From NCBI RefSeq assembly GCF_009914755.1, contig NC_060939.1: DNA of 64,000 nucleotides; one strand, given 5' to 3'. The notes under the pieces are model-generated. The model ran no database searches, was not told where the DNA came from, and saw only the letters and a list, made by a program, of their open reading frames with translations. This document shows positions 18,061-30,237 of the stretch, piece after piece (position 1 is the first letter of the stretch; each line of letters starts with the position of its first letter). The stretch comes from the human T2T-CHM13v2.0 reference genome, Homo sapiens. The position numbers were made by a program, and so were the translations under genes.

Positions 18061-18504
18061 TGTGATGGTTAATACTGAGTGTCAACTTGATTGAATTGAA
18101 GGATGCAAACTATTGATCCCAGGTATGTCTGTGAGGGTGTTGCCAAAGGAGATTAACATTTGAGACAGTGGGCTGGGAAAGGCGGACCCAACCTTAATCT
18201 GGGTAGACACCATCTAATCAGCTGCCAGCACAGCTAGAATATAAAGCAGACAGAAAAACGTGAAAAGGCTAGACTGGCCTAGCCTCCCAGCCTACATCTT
18301 TCTCCCATGCTGGATGCTTTCTGCCCTCAAACATCAGACTCCAGGTTCTTCAGCTTTGGGACTTGGACTGGCTTCCTTGCTACTTAGCTTGCAGATGGCC
18401 TATTGCGGGACCTTGTGATTGTGTGAGTTAATACTACTCCATAAACTCCCCTTTATATATCTATCCTATTAGTTCTGTCCCTTTAGAGAACCCTGACTAA
18501 TATA
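18061..18504 (+). mobile_element. MLT2A (MLT2A1/A2, HERV-L) solo LTR, full length
   Basis: tgtgatggttaatactgagtgtcaacttgattg ... ttagttctgtccctttagagaaccctgactaatata; TSD ccctc/ctctc. Confidence 0.93.
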
Positions 18505-20814
18505 CTCTCCATCATAGAAGCCTCTGAATTCTAATGATTTTCTCTTGGACTAATAATTATAATTAGCTGCTCCTATCACCTTCCAATCATTGTAGGTTAT
18601 CTTACCCAAGTTCTTTGTGTTATCCTCTATATCTTATTCAAAGCCATTTTATAATTAAATTACATTTTATTCAAGGTTCCAAGGAAAAGAAACCCATGCA
18701 TACTTGTCAAACACAAAAGAGGTTTTATTGGAAAGATCTAGGGTAAAAGAACCCAACGGTTGCTTCAGGGATGCAGACTATGAAATGGAAAGAAGTAAAA
18801 ATCCTCTCTGAGACTATTTAATACCTTCTCACCTCTTCTTTTCTCTCTTTAACTTCTTTCTTTTCTTTCTGCAAAGTGACAAAACACAGCCATGCTGCAG
18901 CTCCCTAGTATATATCAACTCAGTTCAAATTCCAGAGTCTAGGACATAAGAATTCAAATTCAGAAGAGCCGAACTTCAATGAGCTTTTCACTCTTGGTTG
19001 AATAAACTATGGCCTGATCAAGTGGGAAATCATGTTTTCTGGGGCAATTCTCATGGGTGTGGGCGAAAGAGGATCCATTTTCAAAAAAAGGAAAGATCAT
19101 ACAGATACATATTATATTACAAGAGCCCCTTACCTTTCTCTGGAAATTTCCTTGGCCCTGCTACAATATAGGATTTTAACGCAGATCATTTTAACAGATG
19201 CATCTTGTCCTAGGAAAATGGTTTCTGAGTATTTTAAAGCAATGAAACCTGTTTTTTCCAGCAAAATGTTTCACTGCAACCCAAGATGTAAAACATCTGA
19301 AAAGCACAGTTGTCCCTGTTGAATAGGAGAGGGGAACGACAAAGCCCACCTCCTTGGGATATTTTGCTCCATGGTGCTGCTGGAAGCACCTGCTTTAGCC
19401 CTCAAGGGAAGCCACTGCTCTTGTGTTTATAATCAAAGACAGTCACTTCCATCACTATCAAAAATATGCTTCCATTGTTTCTTCACTTGTCAACTTTCAG
19501 CAGCATCTTTTGACTCTCCAACTAAAATATTATACATAAACCATTTTAATTCAATTCCACTTCCTCCCTCTTTCTTCCTAGTTTTAAAAGTTAACTTATT
19601 TTTAGTCCTTTTCTTCATTGCTGTGAGAACTTTAAATATTATACTTAAAGACTATTTTGATGTTCTTTTGATTTTAGGAAAAATCTCATTTATCAACTAA
19701 AATTGCTTCTTTGCACTGCCCTCTGCTCCTCCTCACTTCCTATATGTATATACACACACACACGCACACATATATATATGTTGCTTTTAATATCTAAACA
19801 TGGGGAAAGTCACTAATTTTCTATCCATCATTTCCATTTCTCAATCCACTCTGTTGCATGGTGTACTCATTCTCTCTCTGGTCTATGAATGTAAAGTTCA
19901 TTGCAGAGCATAAACTCCTATGAGACAATGAGAGAGGTGGTTTGTATTCTTTTAAATGGCATCACTCACAGGAGAAAAAGCAGACAGCTATGGTGTAGGT
20001 AGAGATGATAGAAACCACTGTTACTGATTTCAAGAAGCTTAAAATGTAAATTTGAAGCTTTGAAAGAGAGAAGAGGAATGGCTTCCTGCAGAAACTCAAG
20101 CATCCCCTAGATTTCATGGTCCGTTTTCCTTCACAAATGCCTCTATTCTTGTTCTTCTACACAATACAACAGAACATTGCCTCATTCAAGCACTGCTAGG
20201 ATCATTTTCAATTAGAGGCAGCCTGTTTCCCAGTGGCTTTGTCAGGCAGATCCCATACCATAACCACAGACAGATGTCATCTGTGAGAAGGTCATATTAT
20301 TTTCCTTGTTTTTGACCTAGAAGAACTTTCTTACCAGTCTCCTCATGCTCTCTTCTACCTTCCTAGCCCTTTTATGAGACAAATAAAGACACTCTTTCAA
20401 TCAACCTTCTCCACTGGCATTACTACTTTCTGTAAATGATTTCTTAATAATTCACTGACTCTCTTGGGCTCACTTCAGTTTCCAGGTAATTGGCCAGTAA
20501 TTCAACATGCATGTTGGAGAAGGTGCTGAAAAAATGATTTGGAGAAGAAAACTTTCATTAGCGCTAAGTCGTCAATGGCTTTTGTAAGTGGCGATAAAGC
20601 ATCAAGAATACTCAGGCAGAACAGATTATCCTGGCACTGTTAGAAATAGGAATGGGCCACTGGAGGATTCTGTGGAATATCCTCTTCTGGAGTTTGTTTT
20701 TTTCTTTAGCTGTTCTTATTAGCTATGAATTTAGTATGGCTTGCCCTATGGGGAAGAGGGAAATATTTCATGAGCCTTCTAAGTCAAGGTAAATCAATCA
20801 TGAACCATTTAATT

Positions 20815-21030
20815 GATTTTGAGTACCTGTTGGAATTTGGAAACCTTTTCAAGTGTGCTGTCCTATTTGATCTCCCCAACAATACTGTGAAATAAAAAAA
20901 GGCAGACATTATGGATTCACTTTATTTTGTAGATTAAGAAAGCATGACGTATAAGAATTATGTATGTTTCATAAGGTCGCACAGCTAGGATGTAGCAGAA
21001 AGCTCCTTATATCAAACCATGTTGCCTTTT
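20815..21030 (-). mobile_element. MIR (degenerate)
   Basis: tcctatttgatctccccaacaatactgtga...aaggtcgcacagctagga. Confidence 0.6.
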
Positions 21031-22649
21031 CCACCTCCATCCAGGAGTTCATCAGCAGGGCCTCTGGGAATGAAAATGTTTAACCAGTATGTAACCAAAC
21101 AGAAGTAATAGGGTAGGGGTATAATCACCAAGCAACTTTTTATTGTCTGCCCCTCTTCCTTTAAAGGTTAATGAATGGGGAACTTGCTTCCACTAACATA
21201 GATAGAAACTCAAAAGTCCCATAATTCCTCTAACTTCTCAGGTAAACAGAAGTCTAACTGTCCTTTCAAGTTGCAAACATAGTCTCAAATTCATAATTAA
21301 GAGTACCCAATTATAGACAATTATCAAAACTTCAAACCTGATTTGAAATGAAAACTTCTTCTTCCCCCTTCCCCTGTAAGAATTTCCGCAGGTAGGAAGT
21401 AAGGAAGGGATAGGCAGATGGGGAGGAGGAGTCCCTTTTCCTTGTACCACCCCTTTTCCATTTTGTGAATCTGGTTCAAATCTTTTCTTCCAAGGTCAAA
21501 TGGTGTTGAAAAGAGGCGAATTGAGGGGGGACAAGAAAACTCTCACCTAATTAGTACCATCATACGCTCTTATAACACTGACTCTCAGAAGCTATTTTGT
21601 GGATTCTTAGAAAGAACCGCATCACTGAGAACTTCTCATCTGAGAGTCCCTTGATATGAGTCACACATACTCCCCCGGTCATCCATCTAAAGCAAACCAG
21701 CCTGTCTCATGCCTGTTAGATTTCTCAAACAGGAGGCAAACACTGGTCTACTCTGTGTCTTAATTTCATATCAGGTTCAGTGAGTGCTCCTAATAAGTCC
21801 CTTGCACTAGGCTTGAAATGAGATGCAGGTACTTTAACCTTCTCCCTTGGGTAGATTTAGAATCTCAGCACTGCTCTCTCCAAAAAAAATCCTCTTTAAG
21901 ATCTTTTCTTCATCCTACTTTTTTAGACCCTCCATGTAAGCAAGACTTGTAAGACTCCTGTAATTGGTTTTAAAACAATTTTTGAAAATTTACATTTTGA
22001 TCTGGAGCCTTTCCAGGAAATGTATCTATTAATTCTATGTGCCTTAGTCAAAATTTTCAAATGTTACATCAAGTAAGTAAAAAATGTAATCTCTGCTCTT
22101 TAAGTGTCTTCTCTAACTGGGAAGGCAACCAACATATGAAACTACATGAAAATAGAAACAACACTGACCACAAGTTTTGCCCATGCTTAGTGGAGAATTG
22201 CCATGGACTGGAAAAACACATTCTACAAGCCTTATGTTAAAACAAACAAAAAACTAGAACAAAGGAGGCATTCCTAAAGAAAAATTGCCATAAAGAAAAA
22301 AGTATATAATAAAAATGATCATGATATTTTAACTCTCTCTCTAAATTGTCTCTTCTGTTTCTATCACTATTGTCTTAGTCTGAGCCAGTATTGTCACTCA
22401 CCTTAATTAATGCAATATCCTCTTTCCTGGTGTGCCTAAATTTCATAATCCCCTTCTCCACCACTCCCTCCCAGCTCATTCTCATTATCTAGACAATATT
22501 TCTCTCTCAATTCATCTTTTGTTGTTTCCCCATCCAGCCATCTCAGAAATTCCTCACAATCTCCATGTTATTTTACTTTTTTTTTTGTACATACTATTCT
22601 CTCCATCTGACTCTCCTATTCCCATCTCATTTTCACCTAGTATGATTGA

Positions 22650-23235
22650 TAATTGATCTGCGTTCTGTCTTTGTTCTCATCTCCTCCCAGTGTACTCTCC
22701 TTTGTACAGCAAAGTCTAGAAAACTACAAATTTTATTTTCCAGACTCCCTTACAGTTAGATTCCTGGGTGTGAAATAGGCTTTATTGGGGGCACTCAGTC
22801 AGAGATAGGAAGGTAGAAGTGAAGGAAATACCATCTTCCAACTGCTTTTGACTGCTTCCTTCCTGCAGGCAAGGAGAGTTGCGCAGCTATGGCTATTTCT
22901 GCATTCCAGCAGACCGTTTCCAGTGTTCTGGGTATTGAGTGTTAGACTACTGGTAGTAGTGGCTTCCTGATCCCAGCTTCCCAACCTATGGGTCTGAATT
23001 ACAGCACGATGTTTTTAAGTTAATTGGTCCAGTGAACCTCTTGATTCTCACCTCCTGAATATGGTAAGACAGTAGCTCCCACAATAGGTGGCATTCTGTG
23101 ATTCATTTCTGGAGGCTCAGAAAGGAGCTCATTCTTCTCATCCTTGCAATAATTGCATAAGCACGTAAGTCCCTATAATAAATCCCTTTCTGCTTAAAAT
23201 ACCTCAAGCGCCTCTTTTTCCTATACAAGTGCTTG
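22650..23235 (+). mobile_element. LTR33-like ERVL solo LTR inserted in an L2
   Basis: gaaaactaca...ttttccagactcccttacagttag...; 3' aataaatccctttctgcttaaa; L2-like sequence on both sides (~22340-22640, ~23240-23580). Confidence 0.6.
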
Positions 23236-23985
23236 TTTGGTTCACCTGTCTAATGCCAAGTCATTCTAAAGGTCCAATTCAAATGTCCATTCATCCAGGA
23301 ATTCTGAGTCATCCTCAAGATAGGCAACAACAAACAGGGGAGTATTCCTGATCGAAGTTTATGTTTTCTTCTATACACTGCCATAGCACCCTGTACATAC
23401 TGCTGTCATTATATATCAGAGTATAAGGTTTTCCTAATGTTTATCTTTCTTTCTCACTAGACTTCCCTACTTCTCTTTCAGAAGGAGAGACTTTGTCATA
23501 CTGATTTTTGTACGTTCGGCCCCTACTACATGATAAAATTTCAATATATGTAAAATGAATAAATGGCTGGATAGATGGATAAAAGAAGAAAGTGAGAATA
23601 GACCCTCAAACTGAAGTAAAAAATGATAATCTTTAATAAATCAATTATTTTCTAATAAGCTTCTAATAGCTTCTAATTGGTGGGGTTTTTTATCTTTATA
23701 CTGAAAAAAATTTAGACTATCTCCTATAACTCATAAAAGTCAGAGGTTAGAGCTTTCTTAACTTTCCTCTCTGAGGCAGTGTTACAAAGAAGGAAGTATA
23801 CAATTGCTTGAATGTTTTCCCTAGATTTAGCTTCATAATAAGGAAGCAGAAATTCAAAGAGTAGAGAGGTATTTTTTCCTTATCATGATATAATATGGTA
23901 TTACCATATAATAAGGACTACACTGGAATAGTATTTAACTGGAATTAAATTGAAAAAACAAATTATGTATCTTAAAAAATAGATC

Positions 23986-24280
23986 GGCCAGGCACAGTGG
24001 CTCATGCCTGTAATCTCAACACTTTGAGAGGCTGAGACAGGCAGATTGTTTGAGCCCAAAATTTCAAGAACAGCCTAAACAATATGGCAAAACCCCATTT
24101 ACAAAAAATACAAAAAAATTAGCCAAGCATGGTAGCATGCACCTGTGGTCCCAGCTACTCAGGAGGCCGAGGCAGGAGAATTTCTTGAACCCAGGAGGCA
24201 GAGGCTGCAGTAAGCCGTGATGGTACCACTACACTCTGGCCTGGGTGACAGAGCAAGCCCTGTCTCAAAAAAAAAAAAAA
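23986..24280 (+). mobile_element. Alu (AluJ-like)
   Basis: Diverged dimer (tgagcccaaaatttcaagaacagcct, gaggctgcagt) with poly(A). Confidence 0.95.
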
Positions 24281-24317
24281 GTATTGCATCTATTAAATAA
24301 TAATAGTTGATAGTAAC

Positions 24318-24613
24318 ATTCTTTTGCCCTTTGTTATCTAAAGCCCAGTTTTCTTGACTGTAAAATAGAGATGATGATGTATGTATAGTTGTCTATATGC
24401 TATATATAATTACACATGTATAATTAGTGTGTATATATGTGTGTGTATACACACTAATTATACATGTATAATTATACACTAATTATACATGTATAATTAT
24501 ACACTAATTATACATGTATAATTATATATAGCATATAGACAACTATACATACATCATCATCTCTATTTTACAGTCAAGAAAACTGGGCTTTAGATAACAA
24601 AAGGCAAAAGAAT
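24318..24613. repeat. Near-perfect AT-rich palindrome: 113-bp arms (24318-24430 / 24501-24613) with a central 25-bp tandem repeat
   Basis: Block-by-block reverse complement comparison gives 111/113 identity (mismatches at 24329 and 24413). Confidence 0.97.
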
Positions 24614-25276
24614 TAAGATTCAAACATAACTCTGACAAGAGACACACCGTAAATATAAAGACACAGAAAATTTGAATGTAAAAAGATGGTAACTTCATCC
24701 AAACAAAAATTGGTGTAGCTATAATAATATCATATTAAGACAACTCTGAGGCAAGAAGTATGGCAAAAAATTCAGAGAGACATTTTATAATGATAGAAGG
24801 GCCAATTCACCAGGAAGAAGTCATAAATTTCTATGTATTTAATAACATAGCTTTGACATATATAAAACAAAGTAGTCAAATTCATTGTAATAACTAAAAA
24901 TCGTAACATGTCAGTAGCCGATAGAGTAGGCAACAAAAAGTAAGTATATAGATTTTAACAATATGATTAAAAATTGATATAACTGATACATATATAAGAT
25001 GATACGCAACAATTGGGCATATGCATTCTTTACAATGCACATGGAACAGTCACTAAAATAAATCTTATAATGGGCCATAAAGAAAATCTTAACAAATTTC
25101 AAAGAATACAATCACCCAGAATAAGTTTTTTTTTTTTACCACAATGAGATTAATCTATAAATCAATAATGGAAAAGTAACTAGACTATCCCAAAATATTT
25201 GTAAATTAAGCAATATATTTCTAAATAACAAACGGATAAAATAAGAAATCATAATGGAAATTAGAAAATATATTGA

Positions 25277-25563
25277 GGCCGAGCACAGTGGCTCACACCA
25301 GTAATCTCAACACTTTGGGAGTCTGAGGTGGGTGGATCACTTGAGCCCAGGAGTTCAAGACCAGCTTGGGCAACCTGGTGAAACCACATCTCTACAAAAA
25401 ATATTAGACTGGCATGGTGGTGTGCACCCGTAGTCCCAGCTACCAAGGAGGCTGAGGGGGAAGAATTGTTTGAGCCTGGGGAGGTCAAAGCTACAGTGAG
25501 CCATGATCATGCCACTGCCCTCCAGCATGGATGACAGAGTGAAACCCTGAAAAAGAGAGAGAA
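25277..25563 (+). mobile_element. AluJ
   Basis: Dimer with J-type features (gagcccagg, gaggtcaaagctacag); TSD agaaaatatattga / agaaaatattttga. Confidence 0.95.
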
Positions 25564-25604
25564 AGAAAATATTTTGACCTAAATGATAGCAAAAATGTGA
25601 CATA

Positions 25605-26800
25605 TTAATGACCCCAAAGCACAGGCAACGAAAACAAAAGTAGCCAAATGGGAATGGCATCAAACTGAAATGCTTCTGCACACACAGCAAAGGAAACAAT
25701 CAACAGAGTGAAGAGACCATTTATGGAATGAGAGAAAACATTTGCATACAACACATCTGATAAGGAGTTAATATCCAAAATGTATAAAGAACACAAACAA
25801 CTCAATAGCAAGAAAACAAATAACCTGATTTTAAAATGGGCAAAAGACCTGAGTAGATATTTCTCAAAAAAATAAAAAGTGTCAAAGGACAACAGGTATA
25901 TGAAAAATGCTCAACATCACTAATCATTAGAGAAATGCAAATTAGGACCACAATGAGATACCACCTCACACCTGTAAGGATAGCTTTTATCAAAAAGACA
26001 AAAGGTAACAAGTGTTGGTCAGAAAAGGGAACCCTTGTACACTGTTCATGAGACAGTAAATTAGTATAGCCATATGGAAAACAGTATGGAAGTTCCTCAA
26101 AAAATTAAAAATAGAATTACCATATGATCCAGCAATTTTATTTCTGAGTATGGATATCCAAAGGAAATGAAATCAGTTATGTTGAAGAGATATTTGCACT
26201 CCCATGTTCATTCCAGTATTATTCACAATAGCCAAGATAAGGAATCAACCTAAGTGTCCAATAGTAGATGAATGAATAAAGAAAATATATACACAATGGT
26301 ATATTATTTGGCCTTAAGAAAAGGAAATTCTGTCATTTGTGACAACATGGATGAACCTGGAGGACATTATGTTAAGTGAAATAAGCCAGGCACAGAAAGA
26401 TAGATACTATAAGCTCTCACTTATATGTGGAATTAAAAAAAAAAATCAAACTCATGGAAGCAGAAAGGAGAATAGTGGCGATTACCAGAGGCTGGGGTTG
26501 GGGAGAGGAGTTTTAGAGGGATGGTGAGATGTTGGTCAAAGCGCATAAAGTTTCAGTTAGACAAGAGGAGTTAGTTCAGGAGATCTATTGTACAGCATGG
26601 TGACTAGAGTTAACAATAACAAATTGTAATGAATGTCTTCATCACAAAACATCAATATGTTAAGTGCTGGATACATTAGTTAACTTGGTTTAATCATTCC
26701 ACAATGTCTACATATATCAAAACGTGTATAATGTGCAATGTCACATTGTACATTATAAATATATACAATTTTTCATTTGTCATTTTCAAAAATATTAAAA
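25605..26800 (+). mobile_element. L1MA-type 3' end (ORF2 C-terminus plus 3'UTR) nested in older L1
   Basis: MTTWMNLEDIMLSEISQAQKD frame; 3'UTR gtttcagttagacaagagg...gagatctattgtacagcatggtgact. Confidence 0.88.
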
Positions 26801-27231
26801 TATGTATGATTTGTTCTATGCAGCTAATGCAGTACTCAGAGGAAAAGATATTACTTTGAGTACATCTTTTAGAAACAAAGAAGGATTAAATATCAAGGAT
26901 ATAAGCTTCCATCTCAAGAAACTAATCTGGAAAAAAAACTAAACCCTAAAAAACAGAAAAAAATTAAGAGTAGAAATCAATAAAATAGAAAGCAAATATA
27001 TATTAGAGAAAATTAAGGCAAAAGATAGTTATTTGAAAACAAATGTAAAAGTTGATAAACTTCAAGAAACATTAATCAAGAAAATGAGAATATATTTTTA
27101 ATATCATATATAATAAGGGGGACTTTATTGCAGATTCCATAGACATTAAAAAGATAATAGATAAATAAATTTGATTTTAGATGAACAATTTCATTGAAAA
27201 GCATAACTTACCAAAAATGAATTTAATAATA

Positions 27232-27520
27232 AAATTTTATTTGTTTTTAATTGGCAAAAAATTATATATATTTGTCTTATATAACAAAATGTTTTGATAT
27301 ATGAATACATTGTAGAGTGGCTAAATTGAGCTAAATAACATATGCATAATCTCATATACTTATTTTTTACAGTGAGAAGAGTTAAAACCTACTCTCTTAG
27401 CAATTGTCAAGAATATAATACATTGTTATTAACTATAGCCACCATCTTATACATTAGAAGTGTTTAATTTATTCCTAACTGAAATTCAGTATCCTTTGAC
27501 CAATATCTCTTCCCTCCTCC
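27232..27520 (-). mobile_element. L1MA-type 3'UTR fragment, antisense, nested in older L1
   Basis: tacattgtagagtggctaaattgagcta...ctactctcttagcaatt...tgttattaactatagccacc...cctttgaccaatatctc. Confidence 0.85.
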
Positions 27521-27989
27521 AATAGAAATTCTTATAGCCCTGTATCTCTTAAAGAAAATGAATCCGTAATTAAAACAATGAAAGCTCCAAGCCCAAATGG
27601 CTTCGCCAGTAAATTTTTTTAATTATTTAAAGAATTAAGAATAATCTTATTCAAACTCTTCCTGATAATGGAAAGAAAAACTGCTTCCCAACTCGTAAGG
27701 CCAGGATAACCTTGATATCAAACTTGACATTAACATTACAAGGAAGGAAAATTACAGGCCGGTATTGCTCATGAACATAATGCAAAAATCCCAAACAAAA
27801 TATTAGCAAACTGAATCCACTAATACACACAAACAGATAATAAATACATTCAAATCCAGTAAAGTTTATTACAAGAATGCAAGATTGGTTAACGTTTGAA
27901 AATCAACAAAAACTAATAGAATAAAGGAGAAAATTCACACGATTATTTCAAGAGGAAAATAAACCTGAGCCAGTCTCACTTACAATTCC

Positions 27990-28570
27990 AGGCTTTAGAT
28001 CAGTAATAGAACAGCATTGTGTGGATAAGAAATGCATTCAACTTTAAAATAACAGAAAATGATCAAACAACTGAGTAAAATTAGCTTGAAGAGAAGGGGG
28101 TTCATGAAGTCCAGAGGTACACAGTTAAAGATGCTGCAATGTTTAATGATGCCATCGGGGATTCAGATTCTATCCTTCTGCTCTGCTGCTTTTTAAAGCA
28201 ACCACAACAGTGCCTGGCACAATAGCATGTATTCAGTAAATATTTGTTAAATGAAAGAATCGATGAGTTGATCTTCACCCTGAAGATTATTATCTAATGG
28301 CCAGAAGACTAGACTCAGGTCCATGTTCCAGGCAGAAGGGCAAAGCAGAAAGGAGTGTGGTGCCTATATCTAGAAAGTCAGAAACCCTCAGCTTTCATCT
28401 CCTTGTATAGAACTGACTCATTTGGCCACCTGACTGCAAGAGAGCTTGGAGAATAAGTATTTTTAGCTGGGCACAGTATCATCCTGGAAAAAAAAAAAAA
28501 AACGGGAGTTCTGTTACTAAAGAGAAAGAGAGAATAGATGCTGGGTCCCTTTATATAGAAGATACAACAA
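27990..28570 (-). mobile_element. Old MLT1-type MaLR LTR remnant with an internal L2 tail piece (~28195-28270)
   Basis: ggccacctgactgcaagagagcttggagaa...tagctgggcac...gttctgttactaaag; L2 piece gtgcctggcacaatagcatgtattcagtaaatatttgtt. Confidence 0.5.
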
Positions 28571-28704
28571 CATACACTGTTAAGTCCGCAAAATGAGTAA
28601 GAAGAGGCACCATCTCTAAGGAGACTGAAGTTTAACAAGTGGATGAGAGAAATAAGTAATCATTATATAGGGAAGAATAAGAGCACAGGCATGCAAGAGG
28701 TTGA

Positions 28705-29088
<384 letters not shown>

Positions 29089-29450
29089 TTCACTTTTAAG
29101 AAGTTTTAAAGATGGCTAAGGTCTCAACAAGTAGCAATGGGCGCATTCAATATCGTATAGAATAATGCATTCTAGCGGTACAAACAGAAGCAAAAGCAAT
29201 TAGGCAATAAACCTGGCATCTGAGGAATGGCACATGTATGTTATAGTATATCAGATATTCATAAAAGCCTGCTTGGAGATAAAGCTGGAAATATAATTTG
29301 GACTATATCATGGAGGCATTGACTGCTGGGTGAAGAATTCAAATTTGATCCAATTGACAAAGAAGAGGCAATGCAGGATCTGGGTCAAGAAAGCCTTGAG
29401 ACAGATGTGGTACTACTGAAAGCGTATTCTGAAGTGTAAGAAAAGTTTGA

Positions 29451-29922
29451 GGCTGGGGGTGGTGGCTCACGCCTGTAATCCCAGCACTTTGAGAGGCCGA
29501 GGCAGGCGGATCACGAGGTCAAGAGATCGAGACCATCCTGGCCAAAATGGTGAAACCCCGTCCCTACTAACAATACAAAAATTATAATCCTTTGGGTATA
29601 TACCCAGTAATGGGTGAGTTGATGGATGCAGCAAACCACCATGGCACGTGTAACCTATGTAACAAAACTGCACGTTCTGCACATGTACCCCAGAACTTAA
29701 AATATAATAATTTTTTAAAAATTCTGCAATTAAAAAAATAATACAAATATTAGCTGAGCATTGTGGCATATTTGTGTAGTCCCAGCTACTCAGGAGGTGG
29801 AGGCAGGACAATCACTTGAACCCATGAGGCGGAGGTTGCAGTGAGCTGAGATCACGCCACTGCACTCCAGTCTGGGTGACAGAGCAGGACTCTGTCTCAA
29901 AAAATAAAAATAAAAAAAAAAA
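29451..29922 (+). mobile_element. AluSc-like element split in its linker by a short L1
   Basis: Left arm 29451-29584 (gatcacgaggtcaagagatcgag), right arm 29740-29922. Confidence 0.95.
29585..29739 (+). mobile_element. Very short L1PA 3' end with an inverted 5' segment
   Basis: Antisense L1 at 29585-29614 (rc cccattactgggtatatacccaaaggatta), sense L1PA terminus 29615-29721; TSD aatacaaaaatta / aatacaaatatta. Confidence 0.9.
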
Positions 29923-30103
29923 GGTTTGGAATAGGAAGACAAGTTTCCAGGACATTCTGATTGTCTAGCAAAGAGATCTCTGTTCCAGGCATGAAGAAAA
30001 GCAAAGCAAAAAGTTCTTTGTCCTATACAGGTTTAATCAAAGTAATATGGGGAGCAACAAAAGGGCAGTTGGCTGGATGAAGAGGGTTGAAAAATGTGGT
30101 GCC

Positions 30104-30237
30104 TTTTTTTGTTGTTGTTTTGTGACAGGGTCTCCCTATGTTGCCCAGGCTGGCCTTCAACTCCTGGGCTCAAGTGACCTGCCTACCTTAGCCTCCCGAA
30201 GTGCTGGGAGTACAGGCATATACCACTGCACCCACCT
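30104..30237 (-). mobile_element. FLAM (free left Alu monomer)
   Basis: Single monomer gacagggtctccctatgttgcccaggctgg...ctcctgggctcaagtg... Confidence 0.9.

Larger units (their letters stand above)
24614..27960 (+). mobile_element. Old L1M ORF2 (endonuclease to RT N-terminus), host to three nested insertions
   Basis: caagagacacac...ataaagacaca, gggccaattcaccaggaag, attcttt...gcacatggaaca, aagcccaaatggcttc...caaaatattagcaaactgaatcca follow L1 ORF2 order. Confidence 0.85.

Noticed and set aside
20270-20284. Palindromic double E-box acagatgtcatctgt
   Set aside because: A single 15-bp motif without independent support; expected occasionally by chance.
24451-24525. Short palindromic direct repeats as a CRISPR-like array
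   Set aside because: Units are head-to-tail with no spacers, there are no cas genes, and the DNA is primate.
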